Source of the DNA: Camelus dromedarius
Lineage: Eukaryota
Reading direction: 5' to 3'
NCBI RefSeq assembly: GCF_036321535.1
Contig: NC_087437.1
Location: 121,460,001-121,524,000, forward strand
DNA length: 64,000 nt
The notes beneath the pieces were generated by a model. That model was not told the DNA's origin. It saw only the letters and a program-made list of their open reading frames with translations, and ran no database searches. Position 1 is the stretch's first letter. Each line of letters starts with the position of its first letter. Positions 10,578 to 23,513 of the stretch are shown here, in pieces. The position numbers were made by a program, and so were the translations under genes.

Positions 10578-12519
10578 TGTAAGAAAAGGGTAATTCAGTA
10601 GTAGGTAATGATTAGTTGGCCCCTCTTCTAACGTTGTGCCCTTAGAAACCGAGTTGTTAACACGTGTATCCGCCGGGGTGGAGAATGAGTTTGAAAGTTG
10701 CTTTGCATTCGCGCCTTTACTCATGGGCAGTGAGCCCAAGTCCAGCTTCTTTCCTTGTCCTGGTTGCTAACAGCCCAGGTCCTCTGGCTCCCCGGGTGGT
10801 ACCTCTCCTTGGCTGAGTGATGTCCTTGAGGAAAGGAACTTACTCCCGCAGGCGAGGCAGCATCTCACCACTTGCGTGAGGCCGAGGGATGGCCACCATC
10901 CCTAGTTTCTGGGCGGACACTGTCGCCTCCTAACACCCAGCCCTCCTTCCCAGCCTCTTCCCTTTCCAGGGGTTGATTCTGCCAGACACCTGCTCTCAGG
11001 CAAGAGGTCTTGTCTGTGTCAGGTCAGGGCGCCCGCGTCTTCCGTGTGCTGTGCTGGGAGAGGGCAGGGAATTGGACTCATCCAGGGGCTGTCCCCAGGG
11101 AGAGAGGGGAGAGGGTGCTGGGCGGCCGCAGGGCAGCCCCTGACCCCTGCATGGAGGAGGAGGGAAGGTGCAGGTCGTGCAGACGCTTCACGTGGCTTAG
11201 GCCTGAGCACAGTTTGAGGTCAGCCCGGTGGAGGGACAGTTCTGGGGACTTCCGTGCCCGGGCCACTGCTTGAATAGCACTGATTTGACGGTTTGTGTCT
11301 GTTCTACTCTAGGTATGAATGAAATTAATTCTATCAAATGCGTATTTATTAGCCTCGATCACTCTGAGTTTGATTCCTTTTCTGAGCAGGAATCTCCCCA
11401 AAATAATCGTCAGAAGGAACCACCATTCCTGGGCTGGGCGTCTGTGTCTGGTCTCACAATGTGCCTCTTAGGACACAGCGCTCTTGGCGGGTGCTTCAGA
11501 GAATTAGCTTTTCTTTCTTAGTGTATTAAAACTTTGTTTTCATTAAAAAGCTGTCAAAACATTTAACGATCCTCATGTGACGAGTTTTTTGAATTAACAG
11601 CCCGGGCAAGCGACACAGTAAACGGTGACAAGTCAGGCTGTGGGTAGAAGCGAGGTTAGGAGGTGGGCTGCGAGTGCTTAATTCAGGGAGAGTGGGGTTC
11701 ATGGGAGTGAGTCATCGGCTTTCAGAGCTGTGATGGTTTGGGGTCACAGTGCAACTTAGGTTTGACCATCAGTGGGACCCTGTGGAAAAACCCCACTTGT
11801 GCCAAGTTCGGCGGCTTTGGAAGTGGTGCGGTGCAGACCTGTGTGTCAGGACTGCTGGCTCGTCCTTTGGAATAGGGGGCGTGTGCCGTGTCAGCCACGT
11901 GCGGACCAGGGTCAGTCGCGTCTTCTGACCCCCACCCTGGGGGTTTCCTCTCCGGGTTCTTGGTGTCGTGTGTGGTAGGTCGTTTTCACCCACGTGCACA
12001 TGAGTGAGTGAGACGCGTTCGATCATTCCACAGTGAAGCTTTCTGTTCTCTAGCTTTGTTCTCTAATAAAACCGAGGATCTTGACGACATCCCCGTTGGA
12101 GGAGCAGCCCCGCCCGCTCCCGCCCCACTCCCCTGGTTCTGCGGGGTGGGTCGGCGCAGGGGCACGGAGGCGTGCTTGCTGAAGGCCAGCCTCTCTCACC
12201 GAAAGCCCTTGCTGTGGGGAAGGGAGGGCTTTCCTTTTAGTTAACCAAGACTTTCTGCCTCGATGGAGCGTGGGAAGGGGCGTCGGATCCTTGGGACAGA
12301 ACTCTGCTGTGAGTGGTGCTGGGGGAGGGCCGTGCCGTGTGATGGTGCGGTCAGCGTGGCGCCTGTCGCGGGGAAGAATCACCTGCGTGTCCCCGGGCTT
12401 GCTGTGGCTGAAGAAGCTGCAGGTGGCACGTGTGGTCAGCTCGTGGTCTGGGTGTTCATCCTCAAGCGCTCGGGAAGGTGCGGGCGGGTGTGGAAGGCGG
12501 GGAGGTACCATAAGGAGGC

Positions 12520-12880
12520 TCTGTCTTCTCTTGTTTTAAAAGCTGCCGTGAGAGTCACCCTCAGTACGTGGATAGGTCAACGATTTTCATGAATTTCTAA
12601 GCTGTGCAGCTATCACCACAGTCCAGTTGTAAAACGTCTCCATTACCCCAAAGTGCTCCTTGTGTTTGCTTGTGGTTAGTCCTCATTCCCACCTGCCGCC
12701 GTTGGCGACCGCCGGCTGCTTGCTGTCCTATAGATGTGCCTTTGACAGCACTCTGCTGCGCGGGGTAACGCATCCTTTTTATCCCTCCAGTGGGGTGGGC
12801 GTCTGGACTGTGTCCCCTTTTTGACTCTGTGAATAATGCAGCTCTGAACATGAACACACACGTCCTTGTGGCCCAGGCTT
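12520..12880 (-). mobile_element. Old L1 (L1MB-like) 3' end fragment
   Basis: TGTGCAGCTATCACCACAGTCCAGTTGTAAAACGTCTCCATTACCCCAAA and GTGAATAATGCAGCTCTGAACATG are typical antisense L1M 3' motifs. Confidence 0.7.
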
Positions 12881-14189
12881 GGCCTGGCGTCAGGGTGGCA
12901 GCATGTCTGGGTGGTGGCGCTGGACAGCCGCCATGAGACCCCGGGCTCCTCCTCGGGCCTGTCTCCACGTGTGCATGGGGCTTCTGGGATCACCCGGCCC
13001 TGTTACTTCCGGGACGAAGTACCGTGGGCGGAGCGTCCAGCACAGGCTGCTCGGGTGTCTTACCTCACCGCCCTGCGTGCGCTGGACACTGAGCCCCCAG
13101 CGGGTGCGCTCTTCCCCGTGTTCCACCTGCAGTCTCCCTCCGCAGAGGAGGTCCGCAAAGGACTGGCAGGCATGTTAAACGCCACAGCCAGCCTGCAGAA
13201 CCTCGTCCTCTCCATGACTAGATGCAGCAGTCGCACTTCTAGGAATTGAGCCCCAGGACACGCCTCCAACAAGATGAAAACACACGTGGAAATACCCTAG
13301 CCGTCCATTCCGGCCCAGGCGAGGCAGCTCTGGCTGGCCACACCACGAAGAGCCATGGGGGGCGGGCGGGGCGCGCTCTGTGAACTGACCTGTGGTGATT
13401 CTGAGAACCTGCAGGAAGTGAGCAGGGCAGAGAGCCCGACGGCGCCTGGTGTGCCTCCCTCCACGCGAGAAAACCTGCGTACCTGCGCCTCCGGCCGAAA
13501 TGGATGCGGGCAGGGTGCGCAGAACCAGAGGGCCGGGCCCCGCAGGTCAGGGGCGGCTGGGGGGCCGGGCGCGCCGGGCTTCTCTGGGTGGACCGCTCAG
13601 TACAGCCCGGCTCTTGGAACCACAGACCCCAAGACAAAATAAATGAACATTAGCCAGGATGTGGGGGAGCCGGGGTGGAATGCAGACTGACCGAAGCTCA
13701 GTGTAGGACAGAGCAGCAGCAGAGCCGCAGCGGGGGTGGGGGCGCAGGAGGAAGGAGTAGCCCGGTTTGGGGATACCATATTTTGACTAGATTCTGTGAG
13801 GCTGCAGATGAAAAGGGCTGTACACAGTCCTGTCTGGCTGTTTCTCTCGGGGCAAGGTTGGTTGGCCGTGTGAGCATGTTACACGAGGACTGAACAGCAA
13901 ACGTGTGGTGGGGAGGAGAGCCCGGAGGGAGCTGCAGACCAGGGGAGGGGACCGTAGACCCGCGTGGACAGATGGGTCCAGGGCTGCGGAGGGTGTCAGC
14001 GTGCGTGCACAGCTCACTCTGTCCCGAGGACACCCAAATACCCTCTCCGAGCCGACAAGCAGGGCTCGGAACGCCTCGTGGTGCAGAAAGACGTGCTCAG
14101 AGAGCATCGGGCGTGTGGGGGGTGGGGCGTGGGGACTGCCGGAGTGGGAGAGGCGCCCGGGCTGGCCACCCTGAGCAAAGACCTGGATA

Positions 14190-14920
14190 AACGGTATTGG
14201 TTTGTAATCTGCAGAAAACAGTAAGTACCCGTCAGTCCACGCTGACGTAAATAAGCAACTGAGTAAGTAAGTGGGGGGGGCACTGGAGCATTCCAGTTCG
14301 TCAACAGACAAGGAGCAAGGAGCAAGACACCGTGGTAGCGAGTGCTTCAGGCAAGACCCAGGACTGAGGCAGAAATTAGCGAGCGAAAGTCTGAGGAGAA
14401 ACAGGATATGTGCCTGGTGTCAAAGTAGCTCTTCCTCAAGTTATTTACTTATTGAAAAGGGAAAAGTAGTAACTTTAGAGCGGAGAAGGCCAGCAGATAC
14501 CACCTCAGCCGAGCGATCAAGGCCACATCGCCTGTGGTAAGACAGGGGGCCGTCGCGTCCTCCCTGACACCACGCGGGCACCGCCTCTCGCCGGGGTCCT
14601 TGCCACAGGTGTGCAGTCACGGTGTGACCGCCAGGAGACAGCAGGAGGACTCCAGCAGAGGATGTCCCGAGACGCAAGAGGGAGTGAGGGGCCTCAGGGG
14701 ACACGGCGGGGAGAGGCTGCCTGGGTCTGGAGAGGGCCGAGTAGAGAGGACACAGGGGAAAACCGGCAGAACCTGAGTCCGCTCGGTGGTGCAGCTGATG
14801 CCGGTGTTCTGTGTTGAGTTCCTAATTTTGGTGGCTGTCCAGCGATTCTGTCAGATGTGGCCGTCGGGGGAAGCCGGGCGGAGGGCTCGGGAGGGCTGTT
14901 GTCCGCCTTCCGGCTGCCCC
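14190..14920 (+). mobile_element. Old L1 (L1MC3/L1MC4-like) 3' UTR
   Basis: GGGAAAAGTAGTAACTTTAGAGCGGAGAAGGCCAGCAGATACCACCTCAGCCGAGCGATCAAGG matches the remembered L1MC 3' UTR. The distal part is strongly GC-shifted. Confidence 0.7.
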
Positions 14921-15189
14921 GCGCCCCGCTGACGCTCCTGCGGCCTGCCGCTCGGGAGGAGGCGGAGTCCTCGCGCTGAGCGGTCTGGGCGCCTCGAGCC
15001 CCGGTGTGCGGCGGTCTGAGGTGTGGTTCCCACGCTGGGGGGGGGGGGGGACGGGCACAGTTCTGTGAAAGGGGGCCGTCAGCGCTGCCTGGTGCCAGTG
15101 GGAAGAGGCGCTGTGCCCCGGGCAGTGACTGCCGGAGGCGCCTCTCACGTGGCTGTGGATGCTCTGCTAGGCTGCCCTTGGCCTTCACG

Positions 15190-16080
15190 TTGTATTATTT
15201 TTGTCCAAAGAGAAACGTTCAGTTTTTATATATTCAGAGGTATCAGGCTTTCCCTTTATGACTTTTGGACTGAGGCCCATCTGAGAACGTTTTCCTACAT
15301 CAGGAGGCATTCTTCTTTAATCTCTTCCAGCAGGTCTGTGTTCTGTTTTCCACATTTAGCCTATTGATTTATGTGAAATCTGTTTTTACACGATTTGAGG
15401 TCAGCACCTGATATTTTTTTCCTGTTGGCTAGCCAGTGGCCTCAGTCATTGCGTGGTCTGCCCTTTGCCCAGCGATGAGAAGTGCCACTCGCATCCTATA
15501 TTGCGTTCCTTCTTCGGAAGGGTGCGTTCCCAGTTGCCCGTCACTGCTGTATAGGAGGCTGTTGAGTTTTGAATGTGGACTTTGTCCCCACCCATCATTT
15601 GTGTCCCATGTTTTCTAGGGAGGATCAGGTTGTGCAGGCGGTGCCTCTTCCTCTCTGATTTTTGCGCTGCCCCCGGCTCCCTGGCCAGGACATGAGGCAC
15701 CAGGCCGAGCGGGCTGGAGCAGTGGGGGCGGCCGGCAGGCAGGCACTGCTCCGGCTCTGGCATTCGCGGGGACGCCTCTGATGCTCCCTCTGCAGGAGTG
15801 ATGCTCACTGCAGTCGTCTTGTTCATGCCCTTCATCTAATTAAGCAAGTAAATGCCCTGCTTTGCTGAGAGTTTTTAAAAAATAAACTTTATCATGTACA
15901 GCAGTAGAATTTTATTGTTTGGTTTTTCTGCATCTGTTGAAATGATCGTGTGGTTTCCCTCCAATCTGTTAATATAGTAAATTTCATTCATAGATTTCCT
16001 GATGATAAACTTTTCATTCTCAGGGTAAAACTTACTTTACTTTTAACACACTGAGAATTAAATTTGCTATTTATTTAAAT
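15190..16080 (-). mobile_element. Ancient L1 ORF2 remnant (L1M5/L1ME-like)
   Basis: T-rich antisense L1 motifs, e.g. TTTTCTGCATCTGTTGAAATGATCGTGTGGTTT and TTCCACATTTAG. Confidence 0.65.
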
Positions 16081-16157
16081 ATTTTCTTTTTTTTTTCCAG
16101 AATTTTTCTTCTTTTTTTCTTTTTCTGAGATAGAGTTTACATATCTTAAGGTACCTG

Positions 16158-16365
16158 CAGTGGTGTGCTGATAAATGTTTAACGAATGGCTTTCTTGAGA
16201 GGGGGTTGTAAAAAGCCCTGATTTGTAGCATTTTCCAACTTCCGTGGCATAAATATTCTTGCCGTTACCTATTTCAGGCTCCCAGTGAGCTGTGGCAGGC
16301 TGGCCCACAACATTCCTGAAACCCAGCACCCTCTCTTGAGCTGGTAGGAGCCGGCAGGGCAGCTG
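16158..16365 (-). mobile_element. MER63-like hAT (Blackjack) DNA transposon
   Basis: Terminus CAGTGGTGTGCTGATAAATGTTTAAC, internal GCCCTGATTTGTAGCATTTTCCAACTTCCGTGGCATAAATA, and GAGCTGGTAGGAGCCGGC near the other end. Confidence 0.75.
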
Positions 16366-16774
16366 TGAGCCTGGTGACTTCGGGCTGTGTGCGACCACAT
16401 GACCGTCTCCACCATCCTCCCATCCCTCCTCTGCCTGTCTGCATCAGCACCCACCTCCCGGGGTAGCCACCGGTCTGACCTCGGTCGCCTCGTGTCCTCG
16501 CCTCCGTCTGGGAGACCTAGCGTTCTGTTCGGTGCATTCACAGCTCCTCATTTTCCCCCGAGGACTGCCTCGGCCACCTCACTTACAGACAGTCAAGTGC
16601 TGGGCTCACAGTGAGTTTATTGAAAGGTTGAGCCTGTGACTCATGGTTACTACTGTGGCATGAACTTTATTTAGAAAACTGTACCTTCTGTGATAGTCAC
16701 TTTCCTTAAATCTAAAGGGTTGCTAGCATCTTATATTTGTGTAGCTTTTCATCTTCATTAGTATAAATTTAACG

Positions 16775-16905
16775 TTTTTTATTCATCTATTTTTGCAATC
16801 ATTTGACAGGTGTTTTTTGAGTACCTACTCTGTGTCATTTTAGATGGCAAAGGTGTAGCAGTGAAAAAATAACTCAGCCTCTTTCCTTGTGGCACGTAGG
16901 CTCTG
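16775..16905 (-). mobile_element. L2 3' end fragment
   Basis: ATTCATC..TTTTTGAGTACCTACTCTGTG..GTAGCAGTGAA is the antisense L2 tail pattern. Confidence 0.6.
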
Positions 16906-19000
16906 ATATATCTTCAAGTTGTGAGTTTTTCTCATCTGTCTGTCCTCCCCACTTTTCTCCTTACTCAGACATCTCCTTGTCTTTGCCCCTGGTACTAACT
17001 TAAGTCAACCCTGAATTAATTCGATTTCTTCTGCTGCTTTAGCTTTGAAATTCCCTGCTTTGATGCCAGTTGGCGTTTAGCTTAACTACTATATAGTTAT
17101 TTCTGCTTTTCCCACATCCTCACAATGAAAAGGCAAAGGAATTGCATCTGGTGGTTTTTTTTTATTAGGAAAGGCCAATGTTTTAAAAGTGTCGTGACAG
17201 TAGACTTAACAGGGTAAGTTTAGTGCAGTGACACCGTTTACAGTGTGGGGACAAGCGTGTGGCCTTCCCCTGCAGCTCTGGGGCTGGCAGACTCGCTCCC
17301 CACCAGTGTGGCCTCTGTCTAGCTCCTGAGGGCGCTGGGGTGCGTCGGGCTGCGCCTTCTGGCGGCCGGGTGGCTCCGAAGGCTGGGCGTCTGGTCACCG
17401 GTGTCTGCGCGTTTGCTGCACTCTTTGGCATCGGCAGAGTGGGGCGGCTGGGACTCAGGTCCCCATCCCCCTGAGGGCTGCAATCCAGGGAGAGCAGTGG
17501 GGGGTCTCCCTGGGGGAGGAGGAGCTGGAGGACCTCCATCCAGGGTAGCCAGCATGGTGGGTGGGCCGGGAAATCCGGATGCAGGCCAGTGGACCTCAGA
17601 AACTCACCTGCTCATCCTGTTAAGCTGGTTTGAATTTCTGCCTCTTTAATCCTTTGCAAAGTTAATTTGTCTTTAATTTGAAAGTATTTTATTTTAACAG
17701 GAGGAAATGGTTCTAATTCATTTATTCAGACAACTTACAAGGCCTTAGAGATGAACTTCCCTCACTCCCCCAGGAGGGCGCTGAGGAACGGCTGTGTGTG
17801 AGAACGCGGTGTGTGTGGGTCTTGGCTCCCAGCCCGTGAGCGTGTGTCTGCGGACAAGAACCTTTGGAGGAAGGACCGGTCACTCTGCTGCTGGGGCCGT
17901 CGGTCCAGAAGGTGTGGCCCGGCCTCAGCCGAGATCCAAAGCCAACACACATTTTCTTCCCGCACCCGCCCTGCGTGGCCCCCTGCTGAGGATGGAGAGA
18001 AAGCGCCGGGCTCCCGTCTGTCAGGTGGCTGTGACCTCCCACGCGTGCTGACTGAGCTGGCCTCCTTACTCTTTTGGCCATATTGCAACTGCCTGATGAG
18101 GCGGTTTAAAAACGGGTATCGAAGAAACAATTTTTCATGGTAAAAATGTCTTTTTTTTTGTATAGTTAAGCTTTGGAATTTAGTCTTTGAAGGTAGCAAA
18201 TGCGGATGGAGCATTAATCTGAAGGGCGAGCCCTCTTAGATCACCTTCACATCTTACAAAGTGTCAAAATCACTTCTGACAACAGTGTGGCGCTCCTACT
18301 GGGTTTCAAAAAGTGGATTACATCTTAGTTGTATCTGTACTTAAATTTATAAGTCAGCCTGACACTAACAGTGTCCCAGAATAGGAAAGACAAACATCCT
18401 TCTGTAAACGTTACCGTGATGAGCAGATTAGGGCTCGCGCCGCAACACAGCAGACGAGGCAGAGGAAGTCGTGGTGATCTTGATCGCTCAAACCTGACTC
18501 TTTGCTTGAGTAATTATTTAAAAGACGTTTTAGTAGATTAAGCCTCTCCATCCTATAGAATAGGAGTAATTCATCATCACACAGTTTTGTACTTTTTAGC
18601 TTTTTCTTCAGGGTTGGTTCTAGGTCCTAACGATGTCAAAACTAGCATCATGTCTAGTTTTCTAAGAACAGGGAACTCTGTACCCTGCTTCCCAGCGCCA
18701 ACAGGGCAGTCTGTTAGGAGGCCACTGAAACCCCTTTGGTGAGTCTCAGCCCCCCCCCCTTTACACAATAGCGCAGTGAAAACCAGGAAACCGAGGCTCT
18801 GAGATAAGCTGGTCTCGGGAGGAAGGAAGCAGCACGGCTCCTGACAGAGTGCGGGGGCCGCACCCGCCCTCCGTGATCCCGGCCATGGGGGACCCCTCCC
18901 CCCACACGAGGGACAGACTGCGTGTGCACCCAGCGGGGTGGATGCGGGCTCTGCGCGCTTCCCAGGGCCGCGGGGGTCCCTGCAGCTCGCCACGCCGCGC

Positions 19001-19069
19001 CGGCCTGGCTGTCCGCTCCCATCGGCCTGGCTGTCGCTCCCATCGGCCTGGCTGTCGCTCCCATCGGCC
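19001..19069. repeat. 21-bp tandem repeat (CGGCCTGGCTGTCGCTCCCAT), ~3.2 copies
   Basis: Copies at 19001-19022 (one extra C), 19023-19043 and 19044-19064, then CGGCC. Confidence 0.95.
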
Positions 19070-20379
19070 GGTTTCCCGAAGCGCCCACTGGCACCCCCAG
19101 CAGCGGAAGAGGGCGGTGGCATCCTGCGGGGCCGAGCCCTCCGAGCGCCACCCTCTTCCTCCGCCGCCCTCACCCTTCGTCTGTGCTTCTGGAAGGAGGT
19201 CTCATCCTGGGTGGTAAGGCTGGGGGTGCGCGACCCGGGACCCAGGCAGGAGTCTGTCCCTGGTGTCTCTAGGAGGACGCCGTCTGCCCCTGGCTCCTGG
19301 CCTCCCCGTCCTGAAGAGAAGAGCTCTGTGCTCTTCTCCCGGGAAGGGGCCTTGGACACGGGGCCTGGAGGAGCACGGGTGGCGGCCGGGGGCTGGGGGG
19401 TGGGGGCTGGGACTGGTCCACGCCGGGGGACCCCAGGCTGGGTGACGGCCGGCGGCGGGGCTGCCAGCAGGGCCTCCTGGATTTTGCAGTCACGGTCCAG
19501 ACCCGAACTTCTCGGTGCCCTCCTGGCTCTCCCTTTGGGCGCTGGCTCTTTGCTGCCCCGTTAAGAACCCTAGGGCTAGGCCACCGCACAGCGAGTGCTC
19601 AAAGGCTCGGCGAAATCAAGTTAAATAACTTGCCTTTATGGCGTTTAGTTTTTGTGGTGATTTTCTTAGTTGTCTTCTCAGCCTGTGACTCGTCTGGGGA
19701 TTTGCGTGGCTCTAGGTGATTGTAACCCTTTTATTCACAGGGTTTTAAGAGGTGGCTTCTTGCTTTTAATGTCCTCTATTGTGAGTTTCTGGTGATTTTG
19801 TGTATAAAAGTGAGGCTCTTTTCAGAAAGAATAAATCAAGTTATCTGTTGAGAAACAGCAGAAGTAGTCTTCGTAGCCCTGTGAGCAGCTGGGCCCGCAG
19901 CACAGCGTTTCATGTGCACTTGGAGCCTCGTCGCAGCTCCGGATGCCAGCTGGTGCCAGGCCGCTCCCTGTCCTTGTGTTAAGGGCTGGGCTTCCCCTGG
20001 GCCCCAGGCACCCTCTGAACCCAATGCTAGTTTGTTGTCTAAAATTACCTTTACATCGGGAAATCTTTAAGTAAAATTTGGGAAGTTTTTCATTAATTCC
20101 CTGGGGTGCTTTTGAATGACGGATTTGGTGGAGTATGTGTTTTGGACATTTGGGCACCACCCCGAGGCCACTGGCTGCGGTCTGGTGCTGGTGCGGCCTC
20201 CTGTTGGAGAAATGGCCCCTGCGCCGTGTCCAGGGCCGTCCACCCCGAGCACGTGTCAGCTCACAGGTCCCTGGGCACCGTCCTCGTGGGCCCTCTGTTC
20301 ACCCAGCACCTCCACCGCCTGTCCCCACTGTCACGATCTCGTCTGTTCTTGTCAGGTGGCCTTACATCCTTCGGAAATG

Positions 20380-20750
20380 TCTCTTCCAGTCCCCAGTGAC
20401 CTGTCTTTGTCAAGGGCAGTGGCCAGTGTCCTGTCCCTGTCTCACTCAGGCCCTCAGCAGGGTCTGACCAAACTAACTGCGCCGGCCTGGTCCCCACCGC
20501 CTGCCCTCAGCCCCAGGGCCCCGCTCCCTCCTGCTCTGGGGGCCCGTGCCTCTCCCTCCGCCTGTCACTCCCGCCCTGTCCCTGGTCCCCAGTGTCATGC
20601 AGCCACCCTCAGCCCCCTTTCTCTCACCCTCACTCCGGGTCTTGGCCAGGCTTGCTGGCGTCCTCCCCACTCGAACCCGCTCTGAGCCGCGGGAGCACCT
20701 CATTGGCTTTCCCGGCCTGTACTTGCTCTGGTGCGTGCACCTTCGTGTGG
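20380..20750 (+). mobile_element. L2 LINE internal fragment
   Basis: CCCCAGTGACCTGTCTTTGTCAAGGGCAGTGGCCAGTGTCCTGTCCCTGTCTCACTCAGGCCCTCAGCAG resembles the L2 ORF2 region. Confidence 0.55.
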
Positions 20751-22899
20751 TCACTGAGGCAGGGAGCCCCTGTGCGACCCCTTTGGTGACTTCCCATCAC
20801 GGTGGGTGAAGTATGGCCCCTTAAGAAGAAGCTCCCAGTTCCCCTCTGTTTTCCCCATTTGCTGCTCTGTGCAGACCCCGCCCCACCGCAGGGCCCGAGT
20901 GTCTGCTCTTCCTCTTGTGGGCGACAGTCGTCCCCCACGTGTTCGCGAGGCTGCCACTGCTCACTGGTCAGCCACCAGCTCGGCTGTTGTCCCACTGGCC
21001 CCCTCCATGCCGCTCTTGTCTGTGCCCCTGTTGTGAGGGCCCCGGAGATGCCCTGTTTGTTTGCTGGCACGTGTGCTGTCTGTCCCCTTGCCCTGGTCCG
21101 GTAGCTTTTGGAAGCCGGAGGCAGCCCTGGCCACTGGTGGCTTCAGGTCTGCAGCAGGCGTGTCCACAGGCCTGCACCAGGCACTCTCTTTGGCCTGGGT
21201 TTGGGTCGGGGAGGCGTTGGCAGCATGTGGCAGACAGCCTGGTGGCTGTGGCTTTCAACTCCTGGGCCTCTCATCTGAGCCTGGGACGTGGCTTCTGGAC
21301 CTGCCGTCTCTCCTCTCTGCTGTTTGTCCTTGTGCTGGGCTCCTTGGTCTCCTGGTGGCTGTTCTGAGGGGAGCAGGTGGGCGAGGTCTCTTTCTGGAAA
21401 GCATTTCGGGAGCCCCCGGCTTCCATCTGGTTGGCGGGTAGCGTGTTAACGGGGCAGAGTCTGTGCTGCAGGAAGTCAGGCTCCTGAGGAAGGGGGGCCC
21501 AGTACCTGCCCAGCACAGGCTTCATGTGGGCCTCTGTGCTCAGCACCTACTTCTGACCTTCTTGAGTTCCAGACCAGTGGAGAGAACCCCACACCCCAAA
21601 GGCCAGCGGAGGTCAGAGTGGCCCTGTTCACACAGAAATAACTCGAGAGCAGCTCTCTGTGGCCCAGTGGGCTGGCCAGTCTCGTATCTCAAACTAGACA
21701 GACTTATCCACCTGGTGCCAAGCACGTCTGGGGACAAGCGCAGCCGCCCTCGGAGGGACCAGCCTCACCTGTAAGGCGACCTGAGTGCACGGCCACTGTG
21801 GGTGGCCCTGTGAGGACACGACCGGCCAGGCGGGCCTGGGCCTCCCTCTAGGCGCATCGTTAGCCCACACTGCCTTCCCTCCTGGGGAGAGTGAGTGTGA
21901 GCGGGCAGGGGACCCACGGGGGCACGAGAGGAGTGAGGAATACGGCTCCCTCATCCCCCAGAGGGCTTTGCTCCTCTTATGGGAGAAGTCTGCCCCCGCT
22001 GTCTGCCTGAGGAACGGCGGCCCGGCTGGTATTAACCCTGACCTGGCGCTGACCCCAGCCCCCAGAGCCGCTCCTCCCCAGGCCCCGGGTCTGGGGTCCT
22101 TGTGGGCCGTCCCCGAAGTAACTGCTGGCCACTCCCCCCCTCCCCAGCTTCTGAGGCTGTTTGTACTCTGCGGAGAAACCCCACCCAGAGTGGCATCCAG
22201 AACAGCTTATGAGAGCGGAGGGGGCCTCTGGGAAGCCGTCCGGGACTGGAGTGGATCTTCCCTCCTCTTCGAGCTCGGTTTCTCGCCCCAGGTTGGGAAA
22301 TCTGGATGCAGGCCAGTGGACCTGTCTGCACAGCGCCCAGGGCCCGGCTAGCGCAGGCCCAAGAGAGCCTTTCTCACCACAAGTGAGAGGGAGGTGGTCA
22401 CAGTGCCTTCTCTTTGTTGACTGATAAAGAGGAGCAGAGTGTTGCTGGGAAAGCTGAGGCGAGCCTTGGAGTTTTGTTCGAGGTCCGCTGTGCGGAAAAG
22501 GAGACCAGAGCAGGGTCTGGGGACCGCCGCAAGCACTTGTGTCTGTATTCTGAGCCCTGGCCGAGGCACTGTGGGGGTTTCTGAACTCAGAGCTGTGGTG
22601 TGGGGGGCTCTGCGGTGCAGGCGGGAGGCGGGGAGTGGAGACACTCAGGTTGTGCGAATGTCTGGGATGAGAGGCGGTGCCTTTGCCCGGACAGAGCCCG
22701 CGGGGGGCCAGCCTTTGGTCTGCTGTGGACACGCGGCGGCTCGGCTCTTGCTTTCCCATCTCCAGCTCCCGCGGGTGCCTGGGCCCCGGGCCCGCAGGCA
22801 GCACCGCCCTCTAGGCTGACATCTCACAGGCTCCCAGCTGAACATTTGGAACCAATCACTTCATTTTCCTAAGTTTTCTCCCCTTTTTCCTCGCGGTGA

Positions 22900-23460
22900 A
22901 TGCCATAACACCCCACAGTCGCTAGAAGCCTGGCAGCCATCCTCGACTCCTCGCTTTTCCCTGCTGTCACCTCCAGTCCCCAGCACACTGTGTTCCCACT
23001 GTCCCTGCACTAACCCTTCTCCCGAGGTGCCTGTTCTCCACATCTCCCCCGCTGCCCAGTGGCCTGCAGGCCACCGCCATCTCTTGTTTGGCCTTGACAG
23101 AAGCCTCCTGCTGGGGCCTGAGTCTTCCCTGTGCTCAGGGCCCTCCACCGGCAGCCCGAGGGCGTCATCTTAGCCCTGCGCTTACAGGCCCTTGTGACCT
23201 GCCTTTGTATCTGCAATAAAACTGTAACTTACTTAGTTACAAACGCCCGGCTTGACCCGGCTCCCACCTGTCTTCTGCCCCCCTCCATCTGCCCCCTTTC
23301 CCCTCGTCGCGCCGGGCCCACGGCCTCCTGTCTCTGACCTGCGTGGCTCCAGCTCCCAGACTCCTCAGCTTCCCACACGTGCTTCACTTGTTCCCACATG
23401 GTGGCCTTCCCCGTGTTCTCCCTACGTCACTGCTGCCGTCTCTGAGGTGGTCCTGACTAT
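22900..23460 (+). mobile_element. L2 LINE fragment
   Basis: AGAAGCCTGGCAGCCATCCTCGACTCCTCGCTTTTCCC..CAGGCCACCGCCATCTCTTG..AGCCTCCTG are characteristic L2 motifs. Confidence 0.65.
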
Positions 23461-23513
23461 CTCCTGGTTTATGGAGGCATTTTCTAGTTTTTATTGAGGG
23501 GCAGGTTAGGGAA

